DNA from: Gammaproteobacteria bacterium
GTDB taxonomy: Bacteria; Pseudomonadota; Gammaproteobacteria; PS1; Pseudothioglobaceae
NCBI GenBank assembly: GCA_030739975.1
Contig: JASLYC010000063.1
Span: 31,808 to 95,807 of the forward strand
Direction of reading: 5' to 3'
Length of the DNA stretch: 64,000 nt
Position numbers and translations under genes: made by a program. Below, in pieces: positions 1 to 14,664 of this stretch. The first letter of the stretch is position 1, and every line of letters begins with the position of its first letter. The notes under the pieces were generated by a model that was not told the DNA's origin, did no database searches, and saw nothing but the letters and a program-made list of their open reading frames with translations.

Positions 1-98
1 CTAATAGCAACCACCTCCACCTCTGGATGGTTATGTAATAGCCTTAACAATTCAATGCCAGTGTAGCCTGTACCGCCAACAATTCCAGCTTTAATCAT
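1..98 (-). CDS. argC: N-acetyl-gamma-glutamyl-phosphate reductase, N-terminal fragment truncated by window edge
   Basis: Reverse complement of 1-98 starts with ATG (98-96) and reads [32 protein letters not shown], the ArgC-type GxxGxxG N-terminus. It is absent from the ORF track because it runs off the window. Confidence 0.75.
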   Translation of the reverse strand, partial: MIKAGIVGGTGYTGIELLRLLHNHPEVEVVAI

Positions 99-123
99 AC
101 TAACTTTCCTGGTAAGTTAAGCA

Positions 124-1476
124 TTAGTGTGACTCCCCAAGCATTTTTTCAAGATAGTGAATGTTCATGCCGCCCTTCTGGAAGGTTTCATCATTCATAA
201 TTCGTCTTTGTAGAGGAATATTAGTTTTTATCCCATCAATTACCATTTCGTCAAGAGCATTTTGCATTTTAATAATGGCACCAATCCTTGTGTCAGCAAA
301 GGTAATAAGCTTTCCAATCATAGAGTCATAATGAGGAGGGACATTGTAGCCATTGTAAATATGCGAATCTACACGAACACCTAACCCTCCAGGTGCATGA
401 TACTGAGTAATTTTTCCAGGAGAGGGCATAAAGTTTATTGGATCTTCCGCATTAATACGACACTCAACAGCGTGCCCCTTGAAAACAACGTCTTCTTGAG
501 AAACAGATAGCTTTTGGCCATCAGCAATTAATATTTGTTCACGAACAATATCAAAACTAGTGATTAGTTCTGTAATTGGATGTTCAACTTGAACGCGGGT
601 GTTCATTTCAATAAAATAAAACTCGTCATTTTCAAATAAAAACTCAAACGTGCCTGCCCCTCTATAATTAATAGCTTTACATGCTTCAGCACAAACAGTT
701 CCAATTTTGTTGCGCAATTCTTGGCTTAACCCTGGTGCTGGCGCCTCTTCAACAACCTTTTGATGGCGCCTTTGCATTGAGCAGTCTCGCTCACCCAAGT
801 GAACCGCGTCACCATGTTCGTCGGCTAACACTTGAATCTCTACGTGCCTAGGGGTTGTTAAAAATTTCTCCATATAAACTTCTGGGTTACCGAAAAAACT
901 TTCAGCTTCGGTTTTTGTAAGTTCAATAGAGTTCAGCAAATCAGCCTCTTTTTCAACTACACGCATACCGCGACCGCCGCCTCCGCCAGAGGCTTTAATA
1001 ATAATTGGAAAGCCGATTTTGTTTGCAAGCGCAATATTGGTTGGATGGTCATCATCTAGGCCGCCGTCTGAACCTGGCACACAAGGAACCCCAGACTTTT
1101 GCATAGCCTCAATAGCTGCAACTTTGTCCCCCATAACGCGGATATTTTCTGCCCTTGGACCAATAAAAATAAAACCACTCTCTTCAACCCTTTGAGCGAA
1201 ATCAGCGCTTTCAGACAAGAAACCATAGCCTGGATGGATTGCATCTGCATGGGTTACCTCAGCAGCACTAATTAGTGCTGGTATGTTTAGGTAGCTTTGG
1301 GTTGATGGCGGTGGGCCAATGCAAACAGCCTCATCTGCAAGGCGTACATGCTTTAAATCTTTATCAGAAGTAGAATATACAGCAACAGTTTTGATGTCAA
1401 GTTCTTTGCACGCTCTTAAGATTCGTAGAGCAATTTCTCCACGATTGGCAATTAGAATTTTCTTTATTTTATTCAT
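124..1476 (-). CDS. accC: Acetyl-CoA carboxylase, biotin carboxylase subunit
   Basis: 450 aa. N-terminus [35 protein letters not shown] and the ATP-grasp [10 protein letters not shown] motif are classic AccC. It lies directly downstream of accB. Confidence 0.97.
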   Translation of the reverse strand: MNKIKKILIANRGEIALRILRACKELDIKTVAVYSTSDKDLKHVRLADEAVCIGPPPSTQSYLNIPALISAAEVTHADAIHPGYGFLSESADFAQRVEESGFIFIGPRAENIRVMGDKVAAIEAMQKSGVPCVPGSDGGLDDDHPTNIALANKIGFPIIIKASGGGGGRGMRVVEKEADLLNSIELTKTEAESFFGNPEVYMEKFLTTPRHVEIQVLADEHGDAVHLGERDCSMQRRHQKVVEEAPAPGLSQELRNKIGTVCAEACKAINYRGAGTFEFLFENDEFYFIEMNTRVQVEHPITELITSFDIVREQILIADGQKLSVSQEDVVFKGHAVECRINAEDPINFMPSPGKITQYHAPGGLGVRVDSHIYNGYNVPPHYDSMIGKLITFADTRIGAIIKMQNALDEMVIDGIKTNIPLQRRIMNDETFQKGGMNIHYLEKMLGESH

Positions 1477-1511
1477 GCTATGCTCTAATTATATATTTAA
1501 GTATGGACGCT

Positions 1512-1964
1512 TTATTTAATTACAACAAGGGTCTGACCAAACTCAACCGCATCTCCGTCGCTACAAAGTATTTCTATTACTGTTCCAGACTGGTCCGCTT
1601 CAATCTGGTTCATAATTTTCATTGCTTCAATGATGCATACAGTATCACCCTGATTAACGTGCTGTCCAACCTCAATAAATGGTTTAGAGTTTGGCGATGA
1701 AGATAAGTAAAAGGTTCCCACCATTGGAGATGCGATTGGGTGCCCATCTGTATCTTTTGTAGTAGATGCTGTTGCTGGCGCCTCTACGCCAGAAGTAGTT
1801 GTGCTAGGGGACATAATAACAGGCGCTATAGGAGCTTGTACAGCAGCTGGAGCATCCCCATAGCGGGAAATACGAACCGACTCTTCCCCCTCATGGATTT
1901 CAATCTCTGCCATACCTGATTGCTCAAGCAACTCGATTAATTTTTTTACTTTTCGGATATCCAT
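1512..1964 (-). CDS. accB: Biotin carboxyl carrier protein of acetyl-CoA carboxylase
   Basis: [35 protein letters not shown] resembles E. coli AccB, and the biotinylation motif [10 protein letters not shown] is present. Start trimmed to the ATG at 1964, which has a GGAGAG RBS; the ORF-track start at 2006 adds 14 non-conserved residues. Confidence 0.93.
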   Translation of the reverse strand: MDIRKVKKLIELLEQSGMAEIEIHEGEESVRISRYGDAPAAVQAPIAPVIMSPSTTTSGVEAPATASTTKDTDGHPIASPMVGTFYLSSSPNSKPFIEVGQHVNQGDTVCIIEAMKIMNQIEADQSGTVIEILCSDGDAVEFGQTLVVIK

Positions 1965-2066
1965 TTGCTCTCCATAATTGTTGAATAAACAAAATTTTAC
2001 CACCAATATGTGGTGATTTAGAAGATTTTATAAACGTTTTAGCGCAAGATACAAGCTAAGCTAAGT

Positions 2067-4295
2067 TTATATTTTGATAAAGTTTTGTAAAAAAGCCTGC
2101 GCGCCTATTTCGCCTATTATACGCCTAGCTCGAACTTCAGAACCACCTGTAAAAAACAAAATTGCTGGAGGTCCAATTATATTAAAACTAGACATAAGTT
2201 CTTTGTCTAGAGAGTCGTTCAGAGTGACATCTGCCTGGACAGTAATAACATCTTTCAAAGATTTTACAACTTGAGGGTTAGAGAAAACAAACTTTTCAAT
2301 CTCCTTGCATGAAATACACCAGTCAGCGTAAAAGTCTAGCATAACTATTCGATTATTTAGTTTTGAATCGATAAGGATTTTGTCTAGCTCTCCAATAGAT
2401 TTAATTTTCTTAAACTCTACCTGGTGGTTTTCTGATTGTATAACCCCGTTAGAGCTCCAATTGGAAAGCGGCCTTAGCATGTCACCACCACCGCGAGCAA
2501 CAAGCATCCAAATCAGAATCCCGTAACCCAAGAAAATTAATCCAATTGCTTTAAATATTCGCTGCCAAGGAGTTGAGCTTGCTGCAAGCTTGTTAAGGGC
2601 TCCCATAGCTATAGGGGAGACTGTAAGCAGTGTAGCCCATAAAGCTAAAGACACAATATCAGGAACAACCCTTTCAAGCAAATAAATTGCTACAGCTAGC
2701 ATTAAAACACCAAACACGTATTTTATGTTGTCCATCCACATGCCGGCTCTAGGTAGTTTACTTACTCCAGCGCCAACAGCAAGAAGAGGCGCCCCCATTC
2801 CTAGACTCAAAACAAATAAAGATAGACCGCCTAGCAAAGCATCACCAGTTTGACCAATATAAATTAGAGCACCTGCAAGTGGTGGGGCAACACAGGGACC
2901 AACAATCAGAGCAGACAAAAATCCCATTACAGAAACCCCTGCAAGTTGACCACCTTTCTGCTTATTGCTTATATTTGCAACTTTATCTTGCATTTTGGTA
3001 GGTAACTGAATGTCATAGTATCCAAACATAGAAAACGCTAATGCAACGAATACCAAGCTAAACAATACGAGCACCCAGGTTGTTTGGAATAAGGCCTGTA
3101 AGTTTTCTCCAAAATATCCAGCCAAAACTCCGGCAATAGAATAAGTTACGCTCATTGAAAGCACAAACACTATAGACATAATTAAAGCTTTTTTTGTTGA
3201 AACTTCTTCTTTTTGTCCCACGATAATGCCGGAAAGAATCGGGATCATAGGGAATACACATGGGGTTAATGACAACAATAAGCCGAAGCCGAAAAAACTG
3301 AACAACACCCAAAACATGTTGTCTTGTTGCAATAAAGCTGCAATTTTATCTGTTTCATTAAGGTCAACCCCATCAGGCGTGGAAGGCGATACCGAGTTTA
3401 TATCGCTGTTATCGCTTAGAGTTGAAGTCTCGTTGCTATCAGGCTGTGCTGGCAAAACAACAGAAATAGTCTTTTCTTGTGGAGGATAACAAACTCCTCC
3501 ATCCCAACACCCTTGATATCTTACAAAGAAAGATATTTGCGGTTTGCTGATAGAGACTAGTGGAATTTCAACAGAAAGAACGCCCCTATGAATTTCAACC
3601 TTTCCAAAAAAATCATCATCCTTTATCTTGCCTTTTGGAAAGGATACATCACCAAACTTAGCCCCATTAACATCAATGAAAAACTTATCATGGTACAAAT
3701 AATAGTCTTGCTTAATATGCCATGATGCCAATAAAGTGTTATGGCTATTGGCAATAACAGAAAAAGCAAACGCCTGGTCTGCAGGAAGTGGCTCAGAGTG
3801 AGATTCAGAACTCGAATAAACTAACGGCAAAGAAGGGCTAATCTTTTCTGCTAACTTGCCTCCTGATATGGTTTTAGAGTAAGCGCTGGAGATATCCAAT
3901 GCAACTGATTTTGTTATTGGCGGATAGCACACGCCTAAATCCGCACAACCCTGGAAAGTAATTGACAACAATACAGATTTAGCGTCACCATCGAGAATTG
4001 GAACTGCCACCATAACGTTACCTCTATAGGTGCCAATTTTCCCGAAAAACTCATCATCTATTATTTCTGCTTCTGGGAATTTTGCAGTGCCTAACTGAGA
4101 TGAAAAATCAGAAGATATTTTTATTTTTTCTTTATAAAGATAGTAACCATCTGCGATATTCCATTCTAGCAGTATATTTTCATCAACCACACTAGCTTGA
4201 AAAGAGAAAGCATCATCAGCAGGCAAAAGATTATTTTCTGAATGTGCAAAAGAGCCAAGCAACATTAAAACAGCGGAAAAGAAAAGTTTTTTCAT
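2067..4295 (-). CDS. dsbD: Thiol:disulfide interchange protein DsbD with two tandem N-terminal alpha domains
   Basis: 742 aa with a signal peptide. It has two consecutive nDsbD-like modules (FQGCADLGVCYPP and YQGCWDGGVCYPP), a TM core with LTPCVFPMIPIL and GPCVAPPL, and a C-terminal thioredoxin domain with WCISCK. Confidence 0.9.
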   Translation of the reverse strand: MKKLFFSAVLMLLGSFAHSENNLLPADDAFSFQASVVDENILLEWNIADGYYLYKEKIKISSDFSSQLGTAKFPEAEIIDDEFFGKIGTYRGNVMVAVPILDGDAKSVLLSITFQGCADLGVCYPPITKSVALDISSAYSKTISGGKLAEKISPSLPLVYSSSESHSEPLPADQAFAFSVIANSHNTLLASWHIKQDYYLYHDKFFIDVNGAKFGDVSFPKGKIKDDDFFGKVEIHRGVLSVEIPLVSISKPQISFFVRYQGCWDGGVCYPPQEKTISVVLPAQPDSNETSTLSDNSDINSVSPSTPDGVDLNETDKIAALLQQDNMFWVLFSFFGFGLLLSLTPCVFPMIPILSGIIVGQKEEVSTKKALIMSIVFVLSMSVTYSIAGVLAGYFGENLQALFQTTWVLVLFSLVFVALAFSMFGYYDIQLPTKMQDKVANISNKQKGGQLAGVSVMGFLSALIVGPCVAPPLAGALIYIGQTGDALLGGLSLFVLSLGMGAPLLAVGAGVSKLPRAGMWMDNIKYVFGVLMLAVAIYLLERVVPDIVSLALWATLLTVSPIAMGALNKLAASSTPWQRIFKAIGLIFLGYGILIWMLVARGGGDMLRPLSNWSSNGVIQSENHQVEFKKIKSIGELDKILIDSKLNNRIVMLDFYADWCISCKEIEKFVFSNPQVVKSLKDVITVQADVTLNDSLDKELMSSFNIIGPPAILFFTGGSEVRARRIIGEIGAQAFLQNFIKI

Positions 4296-4322
4296 TAGTC
4301 AAGGCATTAGAAAAGATGCCAC

Positions 4323-4351
4323 ATTATACGACACTGAATTACACATCTCAA
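4323..4351 (-). promoter_or_regulatory. Candidate sigma70 promoter for dsbD (TTGAGA-17-TATAAT on the minus strand)
   Basis: Reverse complement reads TTGAGA (4351-4346), a 17-nt spacer, then TATAAT (4328-4323), about 28 nt upstream of the dsbD ATG. Confidence 0.4.
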
Positions 4352-4386
4352 ACTTAGGGCTCACTTAGAACCCTATATATGGCTAA

Positions 4387-4929
4387 CTATTGAACCACTA
4401 CTACCATTGCAGGTCTAACTAGGCGGCCATTTAATGTAAACCCAACTTGCACAACTTCAAGAACAGAGTTTGACTCTTTGTCGGGCATAGGAATCATGGT
4501 AACAGCCTCATGAAAATCAGGGTTAAAGGCTTCGTTTTGTGGATTAACCTCCTCTACACCAAACCTCTGCATGGTTGAAAGAAAAACCTTGTTAGTCATC
4601 TCTAAACCTTCAATTATGTGTTCAATTGTAGCGCCATCTTCTTGTGCGGTTTTTATACCCATAGTAACAGAATCTTTAACCTCAAGAAGAGACTTAACAA
4701 AACCGTCTAACGCAAATTTATGCGCATTTTCAAGGTCCCTGGCATTGCGTCTTTTAAGGTTTTGTATTTCAGCCTCTGAGCGCAACAACTTGTCCCAACT
4801 TTCTTTTGCAGATTTCTGAGCGTCTTCTAGTTGAGTTTTTAAATCTTGTGCTTTGTTTTCTTGCTCGGCTTTAGTGCTTTTATCTTTCGTAGATTTAGTT
4901 GGTTTGTCTTGTGCTTTCTTTTTTGTCAT
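4387..4929 (-). CDS. grpE: Nucleotide exchange factor GrpE
   Basis: 180 aa with a Lys/Glu-rich N-terminus and a GrpE core ([33 protein letters not shown] ... [11 protein letters not shown]). The grpE / nadK / recN arrangement matches enterobacterial synteny. Confidence 0.93.
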   Translation of the reverse strand: MTKKKAQDKPTKSTKDKSTKAEQENKAQDLKTQLEDAQKSAKESWDKLLRSEAEIQNLKRRNARDLENAHKFALDGFVKSLLEVKDSVTMGIKTAQEDGATIEHIIEGLEMTNKVFLSTMQRFGVEEVNPQNEAFNPDFHEAVTMIPMPDKESNSVLEVVQVGFTLNGRLVRPAMVVVVQ

Positions 4930-5041
4930 TTTCGTGCCTAATTAATGTATAGTTGTAGCGACAATATAAATTTAACGCTTGTTTTGCTATATAGTGATTA
5001 TTTTAAATAATTCAACAACCCTTTTCTAGCTAATTAATAAT

Positions 5042-5884
5042 ATGTTTAATACAATAGGAATAATTACAAAACCTAACGACAAAAAAAGCAAAGACACTGC
5101 AAAAGAACTAAGTCTTTTCATTGAAGATCAGGGAGTCGGGGTGGTTATAGATGTACAGCAAATTGCTGAGCAGGCAGATTTAATTATTGTTGTAGGGGGA
5201 GATGGCTCATTATTAAACACCGCAAGAAATTTTGTAGATAAAAACATCCCTATACTGGGAATAAATTTAGGACGTTTAGGGTTTCTTGCAGACGTACCAG
5301 TTTCAAACATGTTTGAGATTGTAGCAAAAGTTCTTGATGGAGAGTTTACCAAAGAAAAGCGTTGCCTATTAAATTGTCAAATAGAAGAAAATAACAAGGT
5401 ATCAAGTGAGTTTTTAGCGTTTAATGATGTAGTTTTACACCGTAAAGAAACGCTCAGAATGATAGAGTTCGAAGTGTTTATTGGCGATAAATTTCTTAGT
5501 ACTCAGAGGGCTGATGGGATTATAGTAACTACACCAACAGGCTCTACAGCTTATGCGCTTTCTAGTGGTGGGCCGATTATGCATCCAGGCGTTAATGCGA
5601 TTGGCATTGTTTCAATATGTCCACACACAATGAGCCATAGACCATTATTAATCCCAAGCAACGAAGAGGTAACAATTCGAGTAATAGATATAATTGGACC
5701 ACCTACAATTGCAGAAGAGAGTGCCTCCCTGAGTTTTGACGGCCAAACTACTATTTCCATTGAGAGAGGGCAAAAAATTCGCGTACAGCAACATTCAAAC
5801 TTTGTTCATTTATTGCACCCCAAGAACTATGACTATTATGAAATTATCCGTTCAAAGTTGCACTGGAGCAAAAAACTGTTGTAG
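5042..5884 (+). CDS. nadK: NAD kinase
   Basis: 280 aa with the GGDGSLL motif, TPTGSTAYALSSGGPI, and a position between grpE and recN. Confidence 0.93.
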   Translation: MFNTIGIITKPNDKKSKDTAKELSLFIEDQGVGVVIDVQQIAEQADLIIVVGGDGSLLNTARNFVDKNIPILGINLGRLGFLADVPVSNMFEIVAKVLDGEFTKEKRCLLNCQIEENNKVSSEFLAFNDVVLHRKETLRMIEFEVFIGDKFLSTQRADGIIVTTPTGSTAYALSSGGPIMHPGVNAIGIVSICPHTMSHRPLLIPSNEEVTIRVIDIIGPPTIAEESASLSFDGQTTISIERGQKIRVQQHSNFVHLLHPKNYDYYEIIRSKLHWSKKLL

Positions 5885-5900
5885 CAAAATTGTGTAATCA

Positions 5901-7565
5901 ATGTTATCTCAATTATCAGTAAAAAATCTAGCGGTTGTTGATCAACTAGAATTGACACTAGAGCCAGGAATGAGTTCAGTAACTGGAGAGACAGGCTCGG
6001 GTAAGTCAATACTAGTTCAGGCTCTTAGTTTTGCGCTCGGATCGAGAGGTGATTCCTCTATAGTAAGGAATGGCAAAGAGAAAGCAGAAGTGAGTGCAGT
6101 TTTTGAGGTTGAAAAAAATAACAAGGTGCAATCATATCTACAAAAAAATGAGCTAGAAGATGAAGGTGAATGCGTTCTTCGTAGGGTTATTGGAAAAGAT
6201 GGCAGATCAAGAGCATTTATAAATGGGTCGAGTGTTGCTCTATCTACTATGCGTAAACTGGGAAGCCTTTTAATTGATATGCATGGGCAGAACGAGCATC
6301 AATTGTTATTGCGTCAAGACCAACAACTAGAACTACTAGACGGATATGCTAAGCTCGACAAACAGGTTTATGATCTTAATATTGCCGTATCAAAGTATAA
6401 AAATGTCAGAGAAAAAATTGAAACCTTAAATAAAAACCAAGACACTATTCTGCTACAGCAAGAGATTTTAAGTCATCACCTTATTGAGCTTAACGATGCA
6501 GCACTAGAACAAAAAGAACTTGATACTATTGAGACAGACTATAAGGTAAGCGCAAACGCAAAAAGCCTAATTGAAAAAATAGTCGAAATATTGGGCCAAA
6601 TCGATAGTGAAGGCGGAACAAATGATCAGCTTGTTAATTTGTCCAATAAATTGACAAAAGAACTAGAAATTGACCCATCTTTGTCTGACACAGCTGAACT
6701 ATTATTAAGCTCACAATTACAATTGCAGGAGTGCTCATATAACTTATCAAATTATCTAAGCTCTTTGTCAATAGATGAGCAAAGAATAAGCTACCTAGAG
6801 GATAGGTTAGGAGAATTGCACAACCTTTCTCGCAAACACAATTGTGGAATTACTGAGCTGTTGAAAATTAAGGACAGTATTAAAGATAAGCTATCTGAAA
6901 TAGAGACTAAAGGGGGTTCGATTAAAGGGCTAGCCGAAGAGAAAGCAAAGTATGAATCAGATTACAGATTAAAGGCAGAACAGATAAAACAAATTAGAAC
7001 TGATAAAGCATCTAAGTTTTCAAAATTAGTCACAAAGACAATGCATGAGTTAGGGATGCCTGGCAGTGAATTTATGGTAAATATATCTGACAAAAAAGAA
7101 GGCATCTATCTGAATGGTTCAGAGTCAATTGAGTTTTTAGTAAAAATTAATACAGGGCAAAAGCTTATGCCCCTTAACAAAGTTGCCTCAGGTGGAGAGC
7201 TTTCACGAGTATCTCTAGCAATATCAGTGGTAACCGCCGACAGTGAGTATGCCCCAACTTTGATATTTGATGAGGTTGATGTTGGCATTAGTGGGGCTAT
7301 AGCTGAGGTTGTCGGTAGTAAACTGAAAGAACTGTCTCACCACTATCAAGTTATCTGCATTACCCATTTAGCCCAAGTAGCTTCTTTTGGGCGCCAACAT
7401 CTCAGAGTTGTTAAGGTACAAAAAGAAGATTGTGGGGCCAAAACTACTGTTGAGGAACTTACAAACGATGACAGAGTGCAGGAAGTTGCGCGTATCCTCG
7501 GTGGCGTTACTATTACAGAAAAGGCTCGCAATGCTGCAGCCGAGATGATAAATAAAAGCGCGTAA
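5901..7565 (+). CDS. recN: DNA repair protein RecN
   Basis: 554 aa with N-terminal Walker A GETGSGKS, a long coiled-coil centre, and C-terminal SGGELSRVSLA and FDEVDVGISG (SMC-like signature). Confidence 0.95.
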   Translation: MLSQLSVKNLAVVDQLELTLEPGMSSVTGETGSGKSILVQALSFALGSRGDSSIVRNGKEKAEVSAVFEVEKNNKVQSYLQKNELEDEGECVLRRVIGKDGRSRAFINGSSVALSTMRKLGSLLIDMHGQNEHQLLLRQDQQLELLDGYAKLDKQVYDLNIAVSKYKNVREKIETLNKNQDTILLQQEILSHHLIELNDAALEQKELDTIETDYKVSANAKSLIEKIVEILGQIDSEGGTNDQLVNLSNKLTKELEIDPSLSDTAELLLSSQLQLQECSYNLSNYLSSLSIDEQRISYLEDRLGELHNLSRKHNCGITELLKIKDSIKDKLSEIETKGGSIKGLAEEKAKYESDYRLKAEQIKQIRTDKASKFSKLVTKTMHELGMPGSEFMVNISDKKEGIYLNGSESIEFLVKINTGQKLMPLNKVASGGELSRVSLAISVVTADSEYAPTLIFDEVDVGISGAIAEVVGSKLKELSHHYQVICITHLAQVASFGRQHLRVVKVQKEDCGAKTTVEELTNDDRVQEVARILGGVTITEKARNAAAEMINKSA

Positions 7566-7723
7566 ATATTTAGACTTCGCGATTTAACAGCAATAAACTT
7601 GCTAAACTGTAAATACCAGCTAATAATACATATTGAGAATAATTCTATTCCATATAGTAAAAAAGTAATTTTTTTTTAAAAAAAAACCGAAGACAGACTG
7701 TATAATCCTTATTTTTTGTGTGA

Positions 7724-8922
<1,199 letters not shown>

Positions 8923-8950
8923 ATTATTTTATTAACAGTTATTTTTTTAA

Positions 8951-9205
<255 letters not shown>

Positions 9206-9283
9206 GACAAAGTTAAAAGCTTATTTACAAACAAAACTTATGTCACTTGGACGTAAGACTTTTTACTTGAATAGGGTTAGGTT

Positions 9284-9754
9284 ATGAATATAAATTTGAC
9301 TATGCTTGGACAACTAATCATGTTTGCAATGTTTACATGGTTTTGTATGAAGTTTATTTGGCCTCCAATTGTGGCTGCCATGGAAGAGCGTAAGAAACGA
9401 ATTGAAGACGGGCTTATTGCCGCAGAGCGTGGGCTTGCTGAGCAAGAAGAGGCTCAAGTTAAAGCAAAAGAGCTTTTAGATCAGTCAAAAAATCAGGCAG
9501 CAGAAATTATTGCTAACGCTGGGAAACAAGCGTCAAGCATGGTAGATGAAGCGAAAAACACCGCAACTGAAGAGGCAGACAAGGTTAAGGTTCAGGCGCA
9601 AGCCCAACTAGACCAAGAAGTTGTACGTGCCCGCAATGAACTAAAGGGCCAAGTTTCAACTTTAGTTATGCAGGGAGTTAACTCTGTACTCGACAAAGAG
9701 GTAAATGCAAAGGATCATCAAGATATGTTAAATAAATTGTCTCAAACTCTATAG
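9284..9754 (+). CDS. atpF: F0F1 ATP synthase subunit b
   Basis: 156 aa with a single N-terminal TM helix followed by a long charged helix. Operon position supports the call. Confidence 0.92.
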   Translation: MNINLTMLGQLIMFAMFTWFCMKFIWPPIVAAMEERKKRIEDGLIAAERGLAEQEEAQVKAKELLDQSKNQAAEIIANAGKQASSMVDEAKNTATEEADKVKVQAQAQLDQEVVRARNELKGQVSTLVMQGVNSVLDKEVNAKDHQDMLNKLSQTL

Positions 9755-9763
9755 TAAACTGAA

Positions 9764-10312
9764 ATGGAATTAGTTACTATAGCCAAACCTTATGCAAATG
9801 CAATTATTGAAATTGCAATGCAAAACAATACCCATGAGGAATGGAGAGACGTGTTGATGGCCGGCACTCAAGTTGTTAATGACGAGTCTATGCAATCTTT
9901 TCTAGCCTCCCCAGGCGAGACAAAAACAAATAAGGCTATTGCTATATCAAGCTTATTGGGGAAAATATTGGATAGAAATCTAAGTGCAGAGGAAAAATCA
10001 TTTGTAGATATTTTGTTAGAAAATGATCGTGCACTGGTCTTGCCTAGCATTTTGAGCTTATTCGAAAAAAGTATTAACACTTTAAGTGACTCAAAGGTTT
10101 TTCAGGTTATAAGTGCATATAAATTGAGCGACAAAGAAAAGAAACAGATTGTTAGTGATTTAGCTGATAAATACACTGCAAATGTAAGTATAGAAACCTT
10201 CGTTGACGAAAGTTTAGTTGGTGGTGTTGTCATTAAGGATGGCGACAAAGTTATTGATTTGTCTATTAAGGCTCGTGTTAGCGAGTTAAATTTACAATTG
10301 TCAATAAATTAA
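9764..10312 (+). CDS. atpH: F0F1 ATP synthase subunit delta
   Basis: 182 aa with N-terminal TIAKPYANAI (OSCP/delta signature). Operon position supports the call. Confidence 0.92.
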   Translation: MELVTIAKPYANAIIEIAMQNNTHEEWRDVLMAGTQVVNDESMQSFLASPGETKTNKAIAISSLLGKILDRNLSAEEKSFVDILLENDRALVLPSILSLFEKSINTLSDSKVFQVISAYKLSDKEKKQIVSDLADKYTANVSIETFVDESLVGGVVIKDGDKVIDLSIKARVSELNLQLSIN

Positions 10313-10336
10313 TTTATTTTATTAAGAGGAAGAGTT

Positions 10337-11878
10337 ATGCAATTAAACGCAAGCGAGATTAGTGATTTAATTAAAAAACAAATAGAGGGATTTGATTTTG
10401 CAGCTGAAGCGCGCACTGAAGGTACAGTTATAAGTGTAAGCGATGGCATTGTTCGTATTCATGGATTAGCCGATGTACAGTTTGGTGAGATGTTAGAGTT
10501 TCCTGGCAATACTTTTGGTATGGCACTAAATCTAGAGCAAGACAGTGTTGGAGCAGTTATATTGGGTGATTACTTGCATATATCTGAAGGCGACATCGTT
10601 AAGTGTACCAACAGATTAATGGAAGTTCCGGTTGGGGAAGAGATGCTTGGAAGAGTTGTAAACCCACTTGGTAAAGATTTAGAAGGAAAGGGAGAAATTA
10701 CAGCTTCATCTTCAAGACCATTGGAGGTTGTTGCTCCTGGAGTTATCGACCGTCAATCTGTAGACCAGCCTATCCAAACAGGAATAAAAGCTATCGACTC
10801 CATGGTTCCAATAGGTCGCGGACAACGCGAACTAATTATTGGAGACCGCCAAACAGGTAAAACTGCAGTTGCAGTTGACGCGATTATCAATCAAAAGAAC
10901 ACAGGAGTTAAATGTGTTTATGTTGCTATTGGACAGAAGGCTTCATCTGTTGCTGCAGTTGTGCGCAAACTTGAAGAGCACGGTGCTATGCAAAACACTA
11001 TAGTTGTTTCTGCTAGTGCCTCTGATTCAGCAGCACTTCAGTATATTGCACCTTATGCTGGATGTGCTATGGCTGAATATTTTCGTGACAGAGGAGAGGA
11101 CGCCTTAATAGTTTACGATGATTTAACTAAACAAGCATGGGCATACCGTCAAGTGTCACTACTTCTTAAGAGGCCGCCAGGGCGTGAAGCTTACCCTGGA
11201 GACGTTTTCTATTTACATTCGCGTCTACTTGAGCGCGCATCAAGAATTAATGCTGATTATGTAGAGCAATTAACTAATGGAGAGGTTAAAGGACAAACAG
11301 GCTCTCTTACGGCACTACCTATTATTGAAACACAGGGTGGCGACGTGTCGGCATTTGTACCTACAAATGTAATTTCAATTACAGATGGGCAGATATTCTT
11401 AGAAACAGACTTGTTTAATGCAGGTATTCGCCCAGCAATCAATGCTGGATTATCGGTTTCTCGAGTTGGCGGTGCAGCACAAACAAAAGCCATTAAAAAG
11501 TTGGGCGGAGGAATTCGACTTGATTTAGCCCAATATAGAGAGTTAGCAGCATTTGCACAATTTGCATCAGACTTAGACGCTGAAACAAAGGCACAAATTG
11601 ATAGAGGACAAAGGGTGACAGAGTTAATGAAGCAAAACCAGTACGCACCATTATCCATAGCTGAAATGGCTACATCTTTATTTGCCGCAAACTCTGGCTC
11701 TCTGGATGACGTTGACGCTAACCAGGTGGTAAGTTTTGAAGCTGCGCTAATTACCTATATGAATGCAAATCAGTCAGACTTGATAGCAAAAATAGATGAA
11801 AACGGCGACTATAATGATGATATTGCTGCAGAACTTCAGGCTGCAATTGATGACTTTAAGTCGAACCACACTTGGTAA
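10337..11878 (+). CDS. atpA: F0F1 ATP synthase subunit alpha
   Basis: 513 aa with Walker A GDRQTGKT and highly conserved alpha-subunit sequence throughout. Confidence 0.98.
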   Translation: MQLNASEISDLIKKQIEGFDFAAEARTEGTVISVSDGIVRIHGLADVQFGEMLEFPGNTFGMALNLEQDSVGAVILGDYLHISEGDIVKCTNRLMEVPVGEEMLGRVVNPLGKDLEGKGEITASSSRPLEVVAPGVIDRQSVDQPIQTGIKAIDSMVPIGRGQRELIIGDRQTGKTAVAVDAIINQKNTGVKCVYVAIGQKASSVAAVVRKLEEHGAMQNTIVVSASASDSAALQYIAPYAGCAMAEYFRDRGEDALIVYDDLTKQAWAYRQVSLLLKRPPGREAYPGDVFYLHSRLLERASRINADYVEQLTNGEVKGQTGSLTALPIIETQGGDVSAFVPTNVISITDGQIFLETDLFNAGIRPAINAGLSVSRVGGAAQTKAIKKLGGGIRLDLAQYRELAAFAQFASDLDAETKAQIDRGQRVTELMKQNQYAPLSIAEMATSLFAANSGSLDDVDANQVVSFEAALITYMNANQSDLIAKIDENGDYNDDIAAELQAAIDDFKSNHTW

Positions 11879-11885
11879 ATAAGTA

Positions 11886-14151
<2,266 letters not shown>

Positions 14152-14568
14152 ATGTCAACAATTCATGTAGATGTTGTTAGTGCTACAGAGTCTCTCTATT
14201 CTGGAGAGGCAAACTGTGTGTTCGCTCCATCATCAACTGGCGAGATAGGTATTTATCCTAAACATATGGCCTTATTATCAACATTAAAACCTGGAGAGGT
14301 TAGGGTTGAGACTGAAAAAGGTGTTGAGTCTATTTATGTATCCGGAGGCATAGTTGAAGTGCAGCCAGATGTGGTCACTATCTTTTCTGATACTGCGATA
14401 CGAGCAAATGACCTTGATGAGGCTAAGGCTCTTGAAGCTAAGCAGCGTGCTGAGGAGGCAATGTCTGATTCACAATCAGATCAAGAAGTGTCTACAACAC
14501 AGGCAGCATTAGCAGAATCTTTAGCGCAACTTCAAATGATTAGCAAAATGAGAGGTAAAAAGCGCTAA
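14152..14568 (+). CDS. atpC: F0F1 ATP synthase subunit epsilon
   Basis: 138 aa. It is the last gene of the operon and its ATG abuts the atpD stop. Confidence 0.93.
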   Translation: MSTIHVDVVSATESLYSGEANCVFAPSSTGEIGIYPKHMALLSTLKPGEVRVETEKGVESIYVSGGIVEVQPDVVTIFSDTAIRANDLDEAKALEAKQRAEEAMSDSQSDQEVSTTQAALAESLAQLQMISKMRGKKR

Positions 14569-14580
14569 ACATTGTATATT

Positions 14581-14612
14581 GCCCCAAAGCCTGTTACTAT
14601 AGGCTTTGTGGC
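14581..14612 (+). terminator. Stem-loop after atpC (12-bp stem with 1 mismatch, 8-nt loop); copy 1 of a duplicated element
   Basis: GCCCCAAAGCCT-GTTACTAT-AGGCTTTGTGGC. It has no clear U-tract, so it may be a terminator or an RNA-stability hairpin. Confidence 0.5.
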
Positions 14613-14664
14613 ATAATTCCTAAGCTATTCAAGCTTATATTTATCAAATAATTTAAAAAAAGAC

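Noticed and set aside
4930-5041. Possible sigma32 heat-shock promoter for grpE (TTGAA-N14-CACTATAT on the minus strand).
   Set aside because: It matches the consensus CTTGAAA/CCCCATNT only weakly and cannot be distinguished from chance in this AT-rich spacer.
7664-7692. T9/A10 run (TTTTTTTTTAAAAAAAAAA) after recN and a similar T7A8 at about 50264-50278 before tdm. These were considered as terminators or unusual structural repeats.
   Set aside because: Pure A/T hairpins are too weak to terminate transcription. They are most simply read as bent-DNA/UP-like tracts in an AT-rich genome, and the two loci share no further similarity.
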